DNA of 64,000 nt from assembly GCA_001777575.1 (NCBI GenBank), contig MFEL01000010.1:84661-148660 (forward strand), written 5' to 3'. Positions 55,021 to 64,000 of the stretch are shown here, one piece after another. The notes under the pieces were generated by a model that did no database searches, was not told the origin of the DNA, and was given only the letters and a program-made list of their open reading frames with translations. How positions within the stretch are numbered: the stretch's first letter is position 1; each line of letters opens with the position of its first letter. The DNA comes from Candidatus Doudnabacteria bacterium RIFCSPHIGHO2_01_FULL_46_24 (lineage in GTDB: Bacteria; Patescibacteriota; Doudnabacteria; UBA920; O2-02-FULL-48-8). The position numbers and the translations under genes were made by a program.

Positions 55021-55242
55021 CTGTGCCCCTCCAAGGTCAGAAATCTAACTTAGGTTGTGAAAATGCCCCGCTCAAAGATACCTGAGCAGAACAGCCTATC
55101 ATACACTAACAATGCTCCTTTTGTCAACCCGCGAATTTAGCATATTGGCCTGATTGCTTATGCTCAATGGCTGAAGGCCACATATTAGCTGGCGTTTTTA
55201 GCTCTTTTTAGACAAATCGTCAATAAATTGTGGATGTAATAA

Positions 55243-55283
55243 CAAAACACCTCAACCGGAGTTGAGGTGTTTATTTTGGCTAA
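55243..55283 (-). terminator. Terminator module AACACCTCAACC-ggag-GTTGAGGTGTTTATTTTGGCTAA; near-identical to the metK terminator
   Basis: About 40 nt near-identical to the reverse complement of 7691-7735, differing only in the loop. U-rich on both strands. Confidence 0.65.
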
Positions 55284-55284
55284 T

Positions 55285-56733
55285 CTAAGCCTTTTTTGCT
55301 TTCTTCAAACGCCGCTGGCCAAAGATCACCCCGCTGCCCACAGTCAGGGCTGCCAGGATAAGGCTCAAGATAGACGAGGGGCCGGTTCTGGGAGCCACAA
55401 ATTGGGTGCTGGCTACGACAGAGGTGCCGGCCACAGCGGCAACATTAATGTTCGTGATGTTTCCAAAGTTGTTAGTCATCACGCGGTCGGTGGCTGAAGT
55501 GTTTCGAACTTTGATTGAGAATCTTTTTTCCATCTTGCTGGAAGCAAGAATATCCGCCGGCTGCCATTTGAGCTTCAAAGTTCCCAGAAAAAATTCCGCG
55601 CCGTTGAAATCCACCAGGTTGGAAAGCTGCAAGACATCTGACAAATCATCCCAAACGACATACGCCTGGGCCGTGCCGTTCCCGGTATTCTGGGCGGTGA
55701 GGGTATAGACGATGAGGTCATTCGGTTGGGCCGTCACTTCTGTGGCATTGCGGTTCTGCGTTTGGTTGAAAGCCTTGTGGCTGAGTACGATATTGATCGA
55801 AGTTCCGGCAACTGATCCGCCGCTCATCGCACCCTGGATGGAAACCTGGGCGCCGTCAGCCCGAACCGACCCGTTATCCATAGTCAGAGTCACAGTATTG
55901 GTAATCATGCTGCCGGTATCTATGCTTGGGATAATAATAACTTCATAGGTAATAACTCTGGTCTGGTTTTTGGCCAGATCACCTAACAGGAGATGGGAAT
56001 TGAACAAATCGCCAAAGAACGTATCCATACCCGCAACCTTCAGGGTGCCGGGAACAAACTTAAGGTTAATCGGCAGAATTTTATTGATGGCTTTAAGGTT
56101 GACTGCGGTGTCGCCGGTATTGCTGATGGCGGTTCTAAATTCCAGCTTATCGCCCAGGCGGGCTGGAATCAATTTGCCAAAAGCCGTGCCTTGCGTGACG
56201 TTGCGGCCTTCCATGGCGACCGCAATCAGCGGGTTGGCATCCCTGGTCACCTGAATCGCCACTGAGTTTATCAGCGGCAGTGTTGATTGAATTATATTGT
56301 CAGCCGTAGCGCTGGCAGTGGATGCATAAACGTTTTGCCCCGTGGGGAAATTGTCCGCGGTCCCTATGCGGGCCAGGAAAGTGCTGAAGCTGTTTGCCCC
56401 GACGGCTAAATTGCCAAAGTTGGTCAGATCGGTCCCGGAAACGCGGGTGATGCCGGCGGGCAAAGAAATTTGCACTCTGGCATTGGTCGCCACATTCCCG
56501 CCCGCATTGCTCAACTGTACGCGAAACTCAAGCTGATCGCCGGGTTTGCCTCCAATGCCAAAGTCAAACTCGGTCTGACCAAAAGTGACGTTTCTGGCCT
56601 GATACTGCAGGAATAATTTTGTTTGCGGGGCGGTTTGGGCGCCTGCCAAGCTGAAGCTGCCGGCTACGGCGAGGATTAATGCCAGACCAACCGGGATGGC
56701 GATTTTGTTTTTGAGTGGCTGAGTCTTAATCAT
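55285..56733 (-). CDS. DUF11-repeat surface protein with a signal peptide and a C-terminal VAPRTG sorting signal
   Basis: N-terminal MIKTQPLKNKIAIPVGLALILAVAGSFSLAGAQTA; C-terminal ...FVAPRTGPSSILSLILAALTVGSGVIFGQRRLKKAKKA. Confidence 0.6.
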   Translation of the reverse strand: MIKTQPLKNKIAIPVGLALILAVAGSFSLAGAQTAPQTKLFLQYQARNVTFGQTEFDFGIGGKPGDQLEFRVQLSNAGGNVATNARVQISLPAGITRVSGTDLTNFGNLAVGANSFSTFLARIGTADNFPTGQNVYASTASATADNIIQSTLPLINSVAIQVTRDANPLIAVAMEGRNVTQGTAFGKLIPARLGDKLEFRTAISNTGDTAVNLKAINKILPINLKFVPGTLKVAGMDTFFGDLFNSHLLLGDLAKNQTRVITYEVIIIPSIDTGSMITNTVTLTMDNGSVRADGAQVSIQGAMSGGSVAGTSINIVLSHKAFNQTQNRNATEVTAQPNDLIVYTLTAQNTGNGTAQAYVVWDDLSDVLQLSNLVDFNGAEFFLGTLKLKWQPADILASSKMEKRFSIKVRNTSATDRVMTNNFGNITNINVAAVAGTSVVASTQFVAPRTGPSSILSLILAALTVGSGVIFGQRRLKKAKKA

Positions 56734-56791
56734 AAGTTTTCTCCATCCCCGCGAAAGCCGACCTATCGGCGGGCAGGCGGGGGTCTAATTA

Positions 56792-57988
56792 TTATAAACT
56801 TTGCAAAATAGCGGTCACAACCAACCTGTCCTTGGCGGTGCCGATAGGCCAGCAGGTAGAGAGGTTGAGCTTGGCCGCGGAATTGTCAACAAACTGGGTT
56901 TGGTCATCGGGCCGATAGATGTTTTCCGAAACCACCTGGTAACGGTAGTTGTAAAGCTTGCCGTCAATGCCGTAGATATCAACGAACACGTCATCCCCCG
57001 GCTCAAGCGCATTAAGCCTGGCGAAGACTTGCTTGTACGGGTGCTTTTTCCAAGGGTAGTCCGAGGAGTGGCCGGAAATATAAACAGTCCCCTGCTCGCC
57101 GGGCATGGCCGTGCCGGGATAATGCACCACCCCTTTAGTTAAGTCAACCTCAAAATCTTTGGGGTCCTTGGTCCAGACAATAGGCACTTGCAAATTGAGT
57201 TTGGGGACGGACAGCCGGCCTTCTTTATTTACATCATACGAAATTTTGGTGGAACCCAAAACGTTCGGCGCTGTGGCGGGCATGAAATTAGTCGCGACAT
57301 TGAAGCTTAAGCGGTTGGAAATTTTGATCAAATCCAGCGCAGCCGCCAGCTTGCTTTGTTTGTCCGTCACCGCTCCCTCTCCCCAAAAATTGGTGCCATT
57401 GAGCACTTCCACTCCGTCTGTCATGCCGTCATTGTCCGAATCGGCCACGATCGGATTGGTACGAACCAAAAATTCGTCCAAATTGGAAAGTCCGTCGCGG
57501 TCAATGTCCTCAGTCGGCTCCAGCGCTTGCCGGTTGCCGACGGCAAAATAATATCCGCCCATCCACGCATAATATTCGCTCAGATCTTCTCCCAAAATCT
57601 GCTCGTCTTCCGGGGGCGCAAACCATCCCTGGACTTGGCTTACCAGGGCCGGGAAATTGAGAGCAGAATAAAAAAACAAAAAAGCGGCGATAAAGATGAT
57701 CGGATAAAATACGAAACTGGAACGCAGTAAGTTGGCTAGCAGCGAGCGGTCAGTCTTGATTGAAACGTGCAGGAGTTCTGGCTGCTCCTCAACCGCTTCC
57801 TGCTCCACAGGTCTGGGTAATCCCTCAGGGGCTTTTTCTGCGGCTTTCCCGCCCACTGTCAAATTTTCGCCGATGTTCAACAATCGGTGGATTTCTGAGG
57901 GGTAATACTCGGGAATGGGTAAATCGTTCATCATAAAATTAAATGTAGCGCAACGTATAAGGTTAGCACAAAAGCTTGAGTTTGTCAA
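56792..57988 (-). CDS. Sortase-family transpeptidase with an N-terminal TM and thrombospondin-type-3-like Ca-binding repeats
   Basis: Catalytic His (TVYISGHSS), Cys (LNLSTCWP, the TLxTC motif) and Arg (KDRLVVTA). DxDxDG repeats DIDRDGLSNLDEF / DSDNDGMTDGVEV. Confidence 0.75.
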   Translation of the reverse strand: MTNSSFCANLIRCATFNFMMNDLPIPEYYPSEIHRLLNIGENLTVGGKAAEKAPEGLPRPVEQEAVEEQPELLHVSIKTDRSLLANLLRSSFVFYPIIFIAAFLFFYSALNFPALVSQVQGWFAPPEDEQILGEDLSEYYAWMGGYYFAVGNRQALEPTEDIDRDGLSNLDEFLVRTNPIVADSDNDGMTDGVEVLNGTNFWGEGAVTDKQSKLAAALDLIKISNRLSFNVATNFMPATAPNVLGSTKISYDVNKEGRLSVPKLNLQVPIVWTKDPKDFEVDLTKGVVHYPGTAMPGEQGTVYISGHSSDYPWKKHPYKQVFARLNALEPGDDVFVDIYGIDGKLYNYRYQVVSENIYRPDDQTQFVDNSAAKLNLSTCWPIGTAKDRLVVTAILQSL

Positions 57989-58034
57989 TACTAGAGCAAA
58001 TAGGTTAATATTTATATGGGTGAAGCTGATAAAA

Positions 58035-59267
58035 ATGCGCCTGAAATACTACCTTTTAGCAAACGAAGAAAATGACTACCAACCATGGATTCTGCGTTCC
58101 AGCGCGTTGGCGATATTTTGTTTGACCCTTTGGGGGCTTAGGATATTAATCCCCCTTTCCTTCACTTATGCTTCTCCCGGCATTGATCCCGTGGATTTGA
58201 TGAACCGGATAAACGCCGAGCGCACCAACCGTTTTGTTCCCGCTCTTATAACCAACCAAAAGCTCATTTCCGCCGCAGCAAGCAAGGCGGGAGACATGAT
58301 AGACCGCGGTTACTTCGCCCACGTCGACCCGGACGGCAATTACGTCTGGCCGCGGATTGAAGCGGCCGGCTATAACCCCTACCTGACTCTGGGAGAAAAT
58401 CTGGCCATGGATTTCAACTCAGCAGCTCCGCTTATGGAAGCTTGGATGAATTCACCCACTCACCGCGCCAACATCGTCAACGAAAAATTCCAGGACCAGG
58501 GCTTGGCTGTGGCTGAAGGCTTGTTTGAGCCTGGGCACAATACGATTACAGTCGCCAGCTTGTTTGGAACCCTGCTGAAACCGGCAACTCCGACCCCACA
58601 GCCAACACCAGCGCCATCATCCGGTCCCGCTCCTTCGCCGGTTCCGACTCCAGTCCCCGCTCCGGCTCCGACTACTCCAGGACCGCAGCCTCAGCCAGCG
58701 CTTCTTCCTGCCAAAACACCACCCCCGCCGCCTGCTCCCCAACTCCCCTTACCCCCCCAACCCACTATAAGCATCAATCCCGACATCAAACTTAACCAAA
58801 AATTCATCGGCGACAACCAAATCCTGGAACTGGACGTAATTATCTCCGGCAACCCCAAAACCGCGACCGCCGCTATCAAAGACAAAAAAATCCAACTTCT
58901 GCCCTCAGCCATCATCGGGCAATACCTGGGAGTTTTGACCTTTCCCGCAGCCGCCAACTTGTCAGAAGAAAAATTAACAATTGCGGCGGATGGCATCAGC
59001 AGCCAATTTGACCTCAATCATTTGAAAGAAAAAAAACCAACAGCCGAAAACTCGGTTGTCGGCGGGCCTGCGGGTCAGGAAACCGCATTTCCCATAATTC
59101 TTAAAATTGTCTTCACCGTCTTTGCCGCCGTCTATTTGACTTTCCTTGTCGTTGATTCAATAATTATCCATCGGTCAAGAATAAAACGGGTCAACCCCCA
59201 TTCGAGCTCGCACTCGCTGTTATTGATGCTGATTATTGCCTTGAATTTCATCTCAATCTGGCTCTGA
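58035..59267 (+). CDS. CAP/SCP/PR-1 domain protein with a Pro/Thr-rich linker and a C-terminal TM
   Basis: From the internal start MRLKYYLL (the track ORF starts 40 codons earlier). CAP motifs ...RINAERTN...GYFAHVDPDG...GENLA...MNSPTHRANIVN. Linker PTPQPTPAPSSGPAPSPVPTPVPAPAP. Confidence 0.65.
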   Translation: MRLKYYLLANEENDYQPWILRSSALAIFCLTLWGLRILIPLSFTYASPGIDPVDLMNRINAERTNRFVPALITNQKLISAAASKAGDMIDRGYFAHVDPDGNYVWPRIEAAGYNPYLTLGENLAMDFNSAAPLMEAWMNSPTHRANIVNEKFQDQGLAVAEGLFEPGHNTITVASLFGTLLKPATPTPQPTPAPSSGPAPSPVPTPVPAPAPTTPGPQPQPALLPAKTPPPPPAPQLPLPPQPTISINPDIKLNQKFIGDNQILELDVIISGNPKTATAAIKDKKIQLLPSAIIGQYLGVLTFPAAANLSEEKLTIAADGISSQFDLNHLKEKKPTAENSVVGGPAGQETAFPIILKIVFTVFAAVYLTFLVVDSIIIHRSRIKRVNPHSSSHSLLLMLIIALNFISIWL

Positions 59268-59274
59268 TAGAACT

Positions 59275-60189
59275 TTAATCTATCCGCGGGGCAAAATCTG
59301 AACCGGCGATCAGGAAAGACAACACCAAAACCATCATGGCCAGATACTCCAAGGCCATTTTTTTTGTGAGCGTTTTTTCCAGATGATGATGCAATAAGGC
59401 CCAAAGGCTGTTATATACAGCCAACAAGGCCAGGCCAGCGGTCAGATAATTTCTGTCCCAATACTGATCCAAGACCAGGCTTCCCGCTGCCATCACCGCT
59501 GCAATTCCAAATATCCAGGGGTAAACCTTGGGCCATAACAATTTATGCTGGAATAATGATTGGTAGACCAAAATAAAAGCCAGGCTAAAGATCCCCAAAA
59601 CCAGCAAGCGGACTTCCAGGCCAAAATACCAAATCACCCCGAAAGTAGCGGAAAAAATAAGGAACGCGGCGAATAATTTCACCAAAAAAAGAGCCTTGAC
59701 TCCGAATTCGTGCATTTCCAATTTCTTGCTCAAAAAATCCTTAAAATACCAGTACGCCACGGTTTGGGCCAAACTAGCCGAAACCACGATCAGCTGCTTG
59801 ATCTCTTCCCGGAAAGGATTGAGAAACAGCAAAATGACCACGGCCCAATAAATGATGGCGGGCAAAACCAAAAAATTCTGGAAATGGCGGATGTAGTGCC
59901 AGTTGAAAACATGCTCAAACCTCTCCTTAAGGGCCTGACGAATGAGTCCTCTGTCCAGCTCCCCGCTCAGATAAGCCCCCAAGACGCTGCGCTTTTTGGC
60001 ATGCAGATCAAAGATAAAGGTCAGCCAGAAGACATGAAAAAAATAAATGTAAAAGGAAACATAAACGTAGGTCTTGATCTGGTAAATTCCGGCAATGAAA
60101 CTGAGGGCCTCAAACCCCAAAAACGCCCCGATTGAGACGATCAGCGTAGAAAGAAACTTATGCTTTGATTCGCTCATGAGCTTTCTCAT
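59275..60189 (-). CDS. Hypothetical integral membrane protein (about 8 TM segments)
   Basis: ORF and hydrophobicity only. Confidence 0.4.
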   Translation of the reverse strand: MRKLMSESKHKFLSTLIVSIGAFLGFEALSFIAGIYQIKTYVYVSFYIYFFHVFWLTFIFDLHAKKRSVLGAYLSGELDRGLIRQALKERFEHVFNWHYIRHFQNFLVLPAIIYWAVVILLFLNPFREEIKQLIVVSASLAQTVAYWYFKDFLSKKLEMHEFGVKALFLVKLFAAFLIFSATFGVIWYFGLEVRLLVLGIFSLAFILVYQSLFQHKLLWPKVYPWIFGIAAVMAAGSLVLDQYWDRNYLTAGLALLAVYNSLWALLHHHLEKTLTKKMALEYLAMMVLVLSFLIAGSDFAPRID

Positions 60190-60914
60190 AAACCTCGAAA
60201 TGTAGCCTTCTTTCTCGCTAACTCTGCGGCTCTAAATAATGACTCAAACGTTCCCGCATCAATCCATTCGCCTTTTAATATTTCCGCCTGGAGTTGGTCT
60301 TTGGCTAGATACCAATTGTTCAGGTCTGTAATCTCAAGCTCTCCTCTAGCTGAGGGTTTCTGTGCCTTGGCCGCTTCAACCACCTGGCTGTCATAAATAT
60401 AGATGCCGGTTTGCGCAAAAGGTGATTTGGGGATTTGTGGCTTCTCTTCAATGCTGATGACCTTATTATCTTTCCCAAACTCCACTATGCCAAGCCTGGT
60501 TCTATCTTCCTTGGGAACTTCTTTGACGAAAATTTTTGCACCGCCGGAGAAACTATTAAGGCTTTCAGTAATGTCGTCCTCGAAAATATTATCTCCCAAA
60601 ATCATGCACACACTGTCGTTCTCGATAAAATGCTCGCCGATAATAAAGGCTTGGGCCAGGCCTTCCGGTTTATCCTGCACTTCGTAGGCAAACCTTGCGC
60701 CGAACTCTTTCCCGCTCCCTAAAAGTTTCAAATAATCACCGGCATGATCAGGCGCGACAATAATCAAAATATCTTTAATGCCGGCGTTTAACAAAGCCCG
60801 CAGCGGATACATAATCATGGGCTTGTCATAAACCGGCAAAAGCTGTTTGCTGGTGACGCGAGTCAGCGGCAGCAAGCGTGATCCATGCCCACCGGACAAA
60901 ATTATTCCCTTCAT
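60186..60914 (-). CDS. rmlA: Glucose-1-phosphate thymidylyltransferase (short form)
   Basis: MKGIILSGGHGSRLLPLTRVTSKQLLPVYDKPMIMYPL; located in an rmlBCDA cluster. Confidence 0.8.
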   Translation of the reverse strand: MKGIILSGGHGSRLLPLTRVTSKQLLPVYDKPMIMYPLRALLNAGIKDILIIVAPDHAGDYLKLLGSGKEFGARFAYEVQDKPEGLAQAFIIGEHFIENDSVCMILGDNIFEDDITESLNSFSGGAKIFVKEVPKEDRTRLGIVEFGKDNKVISIEEKPQIPKSPFAQTGIYIYDSQVVEAAKAQKPSARGELEITDLNNWYLAKDQLQAEILKGEWIDAGTFESLFRAAELARKKATFRGL

Positions 60915-60952
60915 GTTTAGAAATTAGAGCTTGCCCCGTACTTGGTACGGGG

Positions 60953-61786
60953 TCAATTAGAAATTAGAAATTCTTTTAAGGCCTCAGTCCACGGACGAAG
61001 CTCGATAAATTTCGTGTTGTTCAAAATGCCATACTTTGGCCTTTTGGCGAGACGCTTAAGCTGGTCAGAAGAAACTTGGGTAAGCTTCACCTGGATTCCT
61101 TTGATGGTAAGAATCTCATTGGCCCAATCATACCAGCTGGTTTGCCCCGAATTGGTCAGATGATAAATGCCAAACGGTTTCTTTTGCTCAACAAGAGCTG
61201 CCGCGGCTTGTGCCAGATCAACTACGTATGTAGGGTTGCTAAACTCATCATCAATTGCGTCAATACTCTCGCCTTTTTCGGCCTTCTCAAGCATCAGATC
61301 AATGAAACTTCTTTTCCCCGCCCCTTTCCCGCCATACAACCAGGCGGTCCTGACAAGGTAATATTTTTCGCAATTCTTATTAAGCTCTATCTCCCCCATC
61401 AACTTGGATTTGCCGTAAGCATTCAAGGGGTTGGGCAAGTCATCCTCATTATACCCCTCACTTTTGTTTCCATCAAAGACATAGTTGCTGCTGAAGTGAA
61501 CCAGAGTTGCCCCGATGGCATTACAAGCATGGGCAATGTATCCGACCGCAGCGCCATTGATATTTTCCGCCAACAGCCGGCCCTCGCCTTCGGCCTTATC
61601 AACGGCATTATAAGCCGCACAATTAAAAATTAAATCCGGCTTGAGCCCGCTGATTTTTTGCATCACTGCCGCCTCGTCAGTAATATCCAGCTCTTCCCGA
61701 TCCCAAAGCGTGGGCTTGGCGGCCTTGTAAACCTTCCCCAACTCCGGCCCCAAATTCCCCTTGCTTCCAATAATTAAAACCTTCAT
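60953..61786 (-). CDS. rmlD: dTDP-4-dehydrorhamnose reductase
   Basis: MKVLIIGSKGNLG Rossmann fold; RmlD-like YxxxK (YGKSK). Confidence 0.85.
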   Translation of the reverse strand: MKVLIIGSKGNLGPELGKVYKAAKPTLWDREELDITDEAAVMQKISGLKPDLIFNCAAYNAVDKAEGEGRLLAENINGAAVGYIAHACNAIGATLVHFSSNYVFDGNKSEGYNEDDLPNPLNAYGKSKLMGEIELNKNCEKYYLVRTAWLYGGKGAGKRSFIDLMLEKAEKGESIDAIDDEFSNPTYVVDLAQAAAALVEQKKPFGIYHLTNSGQTSWYDWANEILTIKGIQVKLTQVSSDQLKRLAKRPKYGILNNTKFIELRPWTEALKEFLISN

Positions 61787-62241
61787 TTTACGAGGCCTTG
61801 TTCTAATTCTTCCTGCATATATTCTACTTGCTCATCTTTTAATTCCGGATCGTAAGCCGGGTCCGGATAATTGATAAGCCATCCTTCCTCATCGCCGATG
61901 TTTTCCAGACCAGTGGCAACATTGTTGGGAATGAAAAGTCTTTCCGGTTTACCGGCTTCCAAAGTATGCTCTGACCTCACCCATTTTTCCCCTTCCTCCC
62001 CTTTTTCCCTTTGATAAGTAATAATTCTCATTTTTCCCTTCAGGCAAACATACCGCGCCGCGCGAACGCGGTGGAGGTGATAACCCTTAAACGCGCCAGG
62101 CAAGGCCGCCGAAAGATAAACCTCGGTTTTTTTGCCGTCAGGCGACTTAAACATTTCCATGAGCCAGCCATTTGAATTTCCGAAATGGTCCTTGGTTTCG
62201 ATTTTCTCCGCCTGCTCTAACCGAACTTTATCTTCAGACAT
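61783..62241 (-). CDS. rmlC: Cupin-fold dTDP-sugar epimerase/isomerase (RmlC-like)
   Basis: Small cupin with HLH (FKGYHLHRVRAARY), in an rml operon context. Could alternatively be a WxcM/FdtA-type 3,4-ketoisomerase. Confidence 0.5.
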   Translation of the reverse strand: MSEDKVRLEQAEKIETKDHFGNSNGWLMEMFKSPDGKKTEVYLSAALPGAFKGYHLHRVRAARYVCLKGKMRIITYQREKGEEGEKWVRSEHTLEAGKPERLFIPNNVATGLENIGDEEGWLINYPDPAYDPELKDEQVEYMQEELEQGLVK

Positions 62242-62314
62242 ACGATTATATTAAGGTTAAAATACGTTAAAATATTTTAACTATTATACCATGCATAAAA
62301 AACGAAATTATCCG

Positions 62315-63316
62315 TTACCGGCCGAGCTTGAAGTAAAATTTTTCGACTCCGGCTTTCAGCGGCTTCCACCAGGATTCATTTTTTACATACCATTCAACGG
62401 TTTTGGAAAGCCAATCCTCAAAACTATGCTGCGGCGCCCAACCTAATTCCTTTTTCAGTTTGCTCCAATCAACGGCGTATTTTACGTCATGCCCCGGCCT
62501 GTCGGCGACTTCCTTCAACATTGATTCATCCTTGCCCATGATTTGCAAAATCTTCATCGCAACTTGCTTGTTGCTGATTTCGGAGGTCTGTCCGCCAACG
62601 CAATAAGTCTCGCCTGCCTTGCCTTTTTGCAGCACCAGATCGATGGCCTTGCAGTGGTCTTCCACGTGCAGCCAGTCGCGGATTTGATTGCCTGGTTTAT
62701 AAATGGGAACGGGTTTACCTTCTAAAACGTTGGTAATGGCACGCGGTATAAATTTTTCCGGATTCTGGTAAGGACCGAAATTATTGGAGCAATTGCTAAT
62801 GGTCGCTTCCAAACCGTACGTGTTGTAATAGGCTGAAACCAAATGGTCTGACGCGGCTTTGGAGGCGGCATACGGGCTGCGGGGATCAAATTTGGTTTGC
62901 TCATCAAATTTATAATGCTCATCAAGCGGAATATGGCCGAATACTTCGTCAGTAGAAATGTGATGGAAACGTTTTTTGTGCTTTTCCGCCGCATCCAGCA
63001 GCACCTGCGTCCCCACGACATTGGTTTGGATAAATTCATCAGGGCCGAGAATGGAGCGGTCCACGTGACTTTCCGCCGCAAAGTTAACTACAATATCTAC
63101 GTCCCGCATTGCTTCCTCAACCGCTTTCGGATTCGCAATATCGCTGTGGATAAAAGTATAACGAAGATCACCTTCGTAAGCCTTCAGGTTGTCTAAATTG
63201 CCGGCGTAAGTCAATTTGTCCAGATTGACAATTTCGCAATCCGGATATTTGCCAAAAAGATAATGGATAAAGTTAGAGCCAATAAATCCAGCCCCGCCAG
63301 TGATTAGATACTTCAT
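62315..63316 (-). CDS. rmlB: dTDP-glucose 4,6-dehydratase
   Basis: MKYLITGGAGFIGSNF and the YAASKAASD catalytic motif. Confidence 0.9.
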   Translation of the reverse strand: MKYLITGGAGFIGSNFIHYLFGKYPDCEIVNLDKLTYAGNLDNLKAYEGDLRYTFIHSDIANPKAVEEAMRDVDIVVNFAAESHVDRSILGPDEFIQTNVVGTQVLLDAAEKHKKRFHHISTDEVFGHIPLDEHYKFDEQTKFDPRSPYAASKAASDHLVSAYYNTYGLEATISNCSNNFGPYQNPEKFIPRAITNVLEGKPVPIYKPGNQIRDWLHVEDHCKAIDLVLQKGKAGETYCVGGQTSEISNKQVAMKILQIMGKDESMLKEVADRPGHDVKYAVDWSKLKKELGWAPQHSFEDWLSKTVEWYVKNESWWKPLKAGVEKFYFKLGR

Positions 63317-63331
63317 AATAAGCTCATAATA

Positions 63332-64000
63332 CTAGATTACCTTATACTTGCGCAAAAAGCCGACTGCCACAAGTCCGCTTAGGAAAAACAGGATCCCGCT
63401 TAAAAAAAACGCGGTTTGGATCGAATAAGCATCCGCCGCCCAGCCGACAAACGGCCCGACTATGGCAAATATCAGTCGAGCTATCAGGTTTTTTATCGAA
63501 AGCACAGTCGCCCGAATATCGGATGATATTAACCGGTTCACGTAATCCTTAAGCACCGGGGTATTAATGCCGCGGACAAAGTAAAAAATCAAAAATGCAG
63601 GAATGATCCAAATTGCCCCGAACTTTGCAACCAGCATGTACCCAGTCAGTGTCAAAAATGTCAAAGAAACGAGCGAGGCAGTTTTGCCGAAAAATGACTC
63701 AATCCTGTGCGCATAAAAAGCGGTGACAGCCGTGGCAAATTGCAGGATGGCCCAAGCAATGCCAAACAGCGCCAGTGGCAAGCCAACTTGGGCCAGGAAA
63801 GGCTGAATAAACCAAACCACGCCAATTCCCGATGCTGAGATCAGGGAAGAATATATAATCAGCCATTTGACTTCAGCATGTTCGTGCAGGGAAAATTTAA
63901 CCACGCGCCAAAGCGTTTTGAAATTGCCTTCGATGTTATTCAGCGTGCTGCGTGCTGGCTCCACCAAACTGAGGGCGATTGGGATTGAAAAAAATACCAA
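63332..64000 (-). CDS. MFS-type transporter, C-terminal half (gene continues past the window end)
   Basis: Six TM segments; partial ORF open at the window edge. Confidence 0.5.
   Translation of the reverse strand: MVFFSIPIALSLVEPARSTLNNIEGNFKTLWRVVKFSLHEHAEVKWLIIYSSLISASGIGVVWFIQPFLAQVGLPLALFGIAWAILQFATAVTAFYAHRIESFFGKTASLVSLTFLTLTGYMLVAKFGAIWIIPAFLIFYFVRGINTPVLKDYVNRLISSDIRATVLSIKNLIARLIFAIVGPFVGWAADAYSIQTAFFLSGILFFLSGLVAVGFLRKYKVI

Overview
This 64-kb window is almost entirely coding and nearly all genes sit on the minus strand. Background GC is moderate to low. The gene content suggests a reduced, probably uncultivated bacterium (candidate-phyla-radiation/Patescibacteria-like); this is inference from gene content only. 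From right to left on the minus strand the window contains: an rmlBCDA dTDP-rhamnose cluster; a cell-surface locus with a sortase, three DUF11/proline-rich surface proteins carrying an unusual C-terminal sorting signal [V/I/Y]-A-P-[K/R/Q]-[T/S]-G, and a CAP-domain protein; galE plus glycosyltransferases; a subtilisin (S8) paired with a secreted protein that shares its C-terminal tandem repeats; rarA; Wzx, GT4, Wzy-like and peptidase S51 genes; three paralogous TrpR-like (YerC/YecD-type) regulators, each bracketed by its own palindromic box; an APH-like kinase and GT2 genes; ctpA, alaS and a cupin-type phosphoglucose isomerase; the ribosomal 'alpha' operon (infA-rpmJ-rpsM-rpsK-rpsD-rpoA-rplQ) followed by rplM-rpsI; RNase P RNA; an RRM protein; a polyprenyl-phosphate sugar transferase; a cell-wall operon (GT4-GT4-murG-patatin-murC-murB); hpf; a polyamine cluster (arginine decarboxylase, deoxyhypusine-synthase-like, agmatinase) beside metK; secA; maf, NUDIX and cytidylyltransferase genes. 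Three GC-rich islands stand out against the background: about 5.6-7.7 kb, 32.4-33.1 kb (non-coding, with a consensus sigma70 promoter) and 54.0-55.0 kb. infA and rpmJ were missed by the 60-aa ORF track and are added here. No rRNA, tRNA, CRISPR or transposase genes were recognised.
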